DNA of 285 nt from a phage, in sequence record AF419419.1. The stretch is one strand, 5' to 3'. Position numbers and translations under genes: made by a program. This document shows, piece by piece, positions 1 to 285 of the stretch (position 1 is its first letter; each line of letters starts with the position of its first letter). The notes under the pieces are model-generated. The model had not been told where the DNA came from, made no database searches, and saw only the letters and a program-made list of their open reading frames with translations.

Positions 1-285
1 ATGGCTATGTCTAACATGACTTACAACAACGTTTTCGACCACGCTTACGAAATGCTGAAAGAAAACATCCGTTATGATAACATCCGTGACACTGATGACC
101 TGCACGATGCTATTCACATGGCTGCCGATAATGCAGTTCCGCACTACTACGCTGACATCTTTAGCGTAATGGCAAGTGAGGGCATTGATCTTGAGTTCGA
201 AGACTCTGGTCTGATGTCTGACACCAAGGACGTAATCCGCATCCTGCAAGTGCGTATCTATGAGCAATTAACGATTGATCTCTGG
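1..285 (+). CDS. ocr: Ocr anti-restriction protein (T7 gene 0.3 product; DNA mimic that inhibits type I restriction-modification enzymes); 3'-partial, first 95 codons, CDS continues beyond the window
   Basis: Seen in sequence: ATG at 1-3 and an uninterrupted frame-1 ORF to position 285; frame 2 stops at 17-19 (TGA) and frame 3 at 11-13 (TAA); the minus strand is interrupted by multiple stops. The translation matches the N-terminal ~95 residues of T7 Ocr as I recall them ([25 protein letters not shown]...IDLW). Composition is strongly acidic (13 Asp + 6 Glu versus 2 Lys + 4 Arg in 95 residues), as expected for a DNA-phosphate mimic. Codon usage (CGT, CTG, GAC, AAC) fits a highly expressed early coliphage gene. 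No alignment was run. Confidence 0.95.
   Translation, partial: MAMSNMTYNNVFDHAYEMLKENIRYDNIRDTDDLHDAIHMAADNAVPHYYADIFSVMASEGIDLEFEDSGLMSDTKDVIRILQVRIYEQLTIDLW

Noticed and set aside
7-18. Internal in-frame ATG codons at 7-9 and 16-18 as alternative start sites
   Set aside because: The first ATG at 1-3 reproduces the known Ocr N-terminus (MAMSNM...). The ribosome-binding site lies upstream of the window and cannot be assessed, and there is no reason to prefer an internal start.
153-171. Possible sigma70-like promoter elements (TGACAT at 153-158, GTAATG at 166-171)
   Set aside because: The spacing between the hexamers is about 7 bp instead of about 17 bp, and the -10 match is poor. The known E. 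coli early promoters of T7 (A1-A3) lie upstream of gene 0.3, outside this window.
226-262. Shine-Dalgarno-like AAGGA at 226-230 with a downstream out-of-frame ATG at 260-262
   Set aside because: The spacing is about 30 bp, too long for an RBS, and the ATG-initiated frame hits a stop after three codons (ATG AGC AAT TAA). It is a chance purine-rich motif inside a coding region.
1-285. A novel or previously undescribed defence or counter-defence system in this window
   Set aside because: The entire window is accounted for by a single well-characterised gene (ocr). There is no unexplained intergenic space, no second ORF and no unusual structure. Claiming novelty would be unsupported.
1-285. Overlapping ORFs in + frames 2 and 3 or on the minus strand
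   Set aside because: Frame 2 stops at 17-19 and frame 3 at 11-13. The minus strand has multiple stops in every frame (plus-strand CTA/TTA/TCA triplets, e.g. 21-23, 161-163, 268-270). No alternative ORF of meaningful length exists.
1-285. Intrinsic terminator or stable hairpin within the window
   Set aside because: No GC-rich inverted repeat followed by a T-tract was found on reading the sequence, and the region is entirely coding.

Overview
The whole 285-bp window is the 5' portion of one + strand gene: the bacteriophage T7-type ocr gene (gene 0.3, 'overcome classical restriction'), a DNA-mimic anti-restriction protein. Frame 1 is open from the ATG at position 1 to the last base, giving 95 codons with no stop: [95 protein letters not shown]. 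The CDS runs off the 3' edge, so the acidic C-terminal tail and stop codon are not visible. No other gene, RNA, mobile element, CRISPR array or convincing regulatory site is supportable. I see no evidence of a previously undescribed system: this is a well-characterised phage counter-defence gene. The points worth a second look are three apparent amino-acid differences from the T7 reference as I recall it (D27N, P73S, A84V, all G:C->A:T transitions), two GATC sites in a genome type known to be GATC-poor, and a 9-bp in-frame direct repeat. All comparisons to the reference are from memory and need an alignment to confirm.
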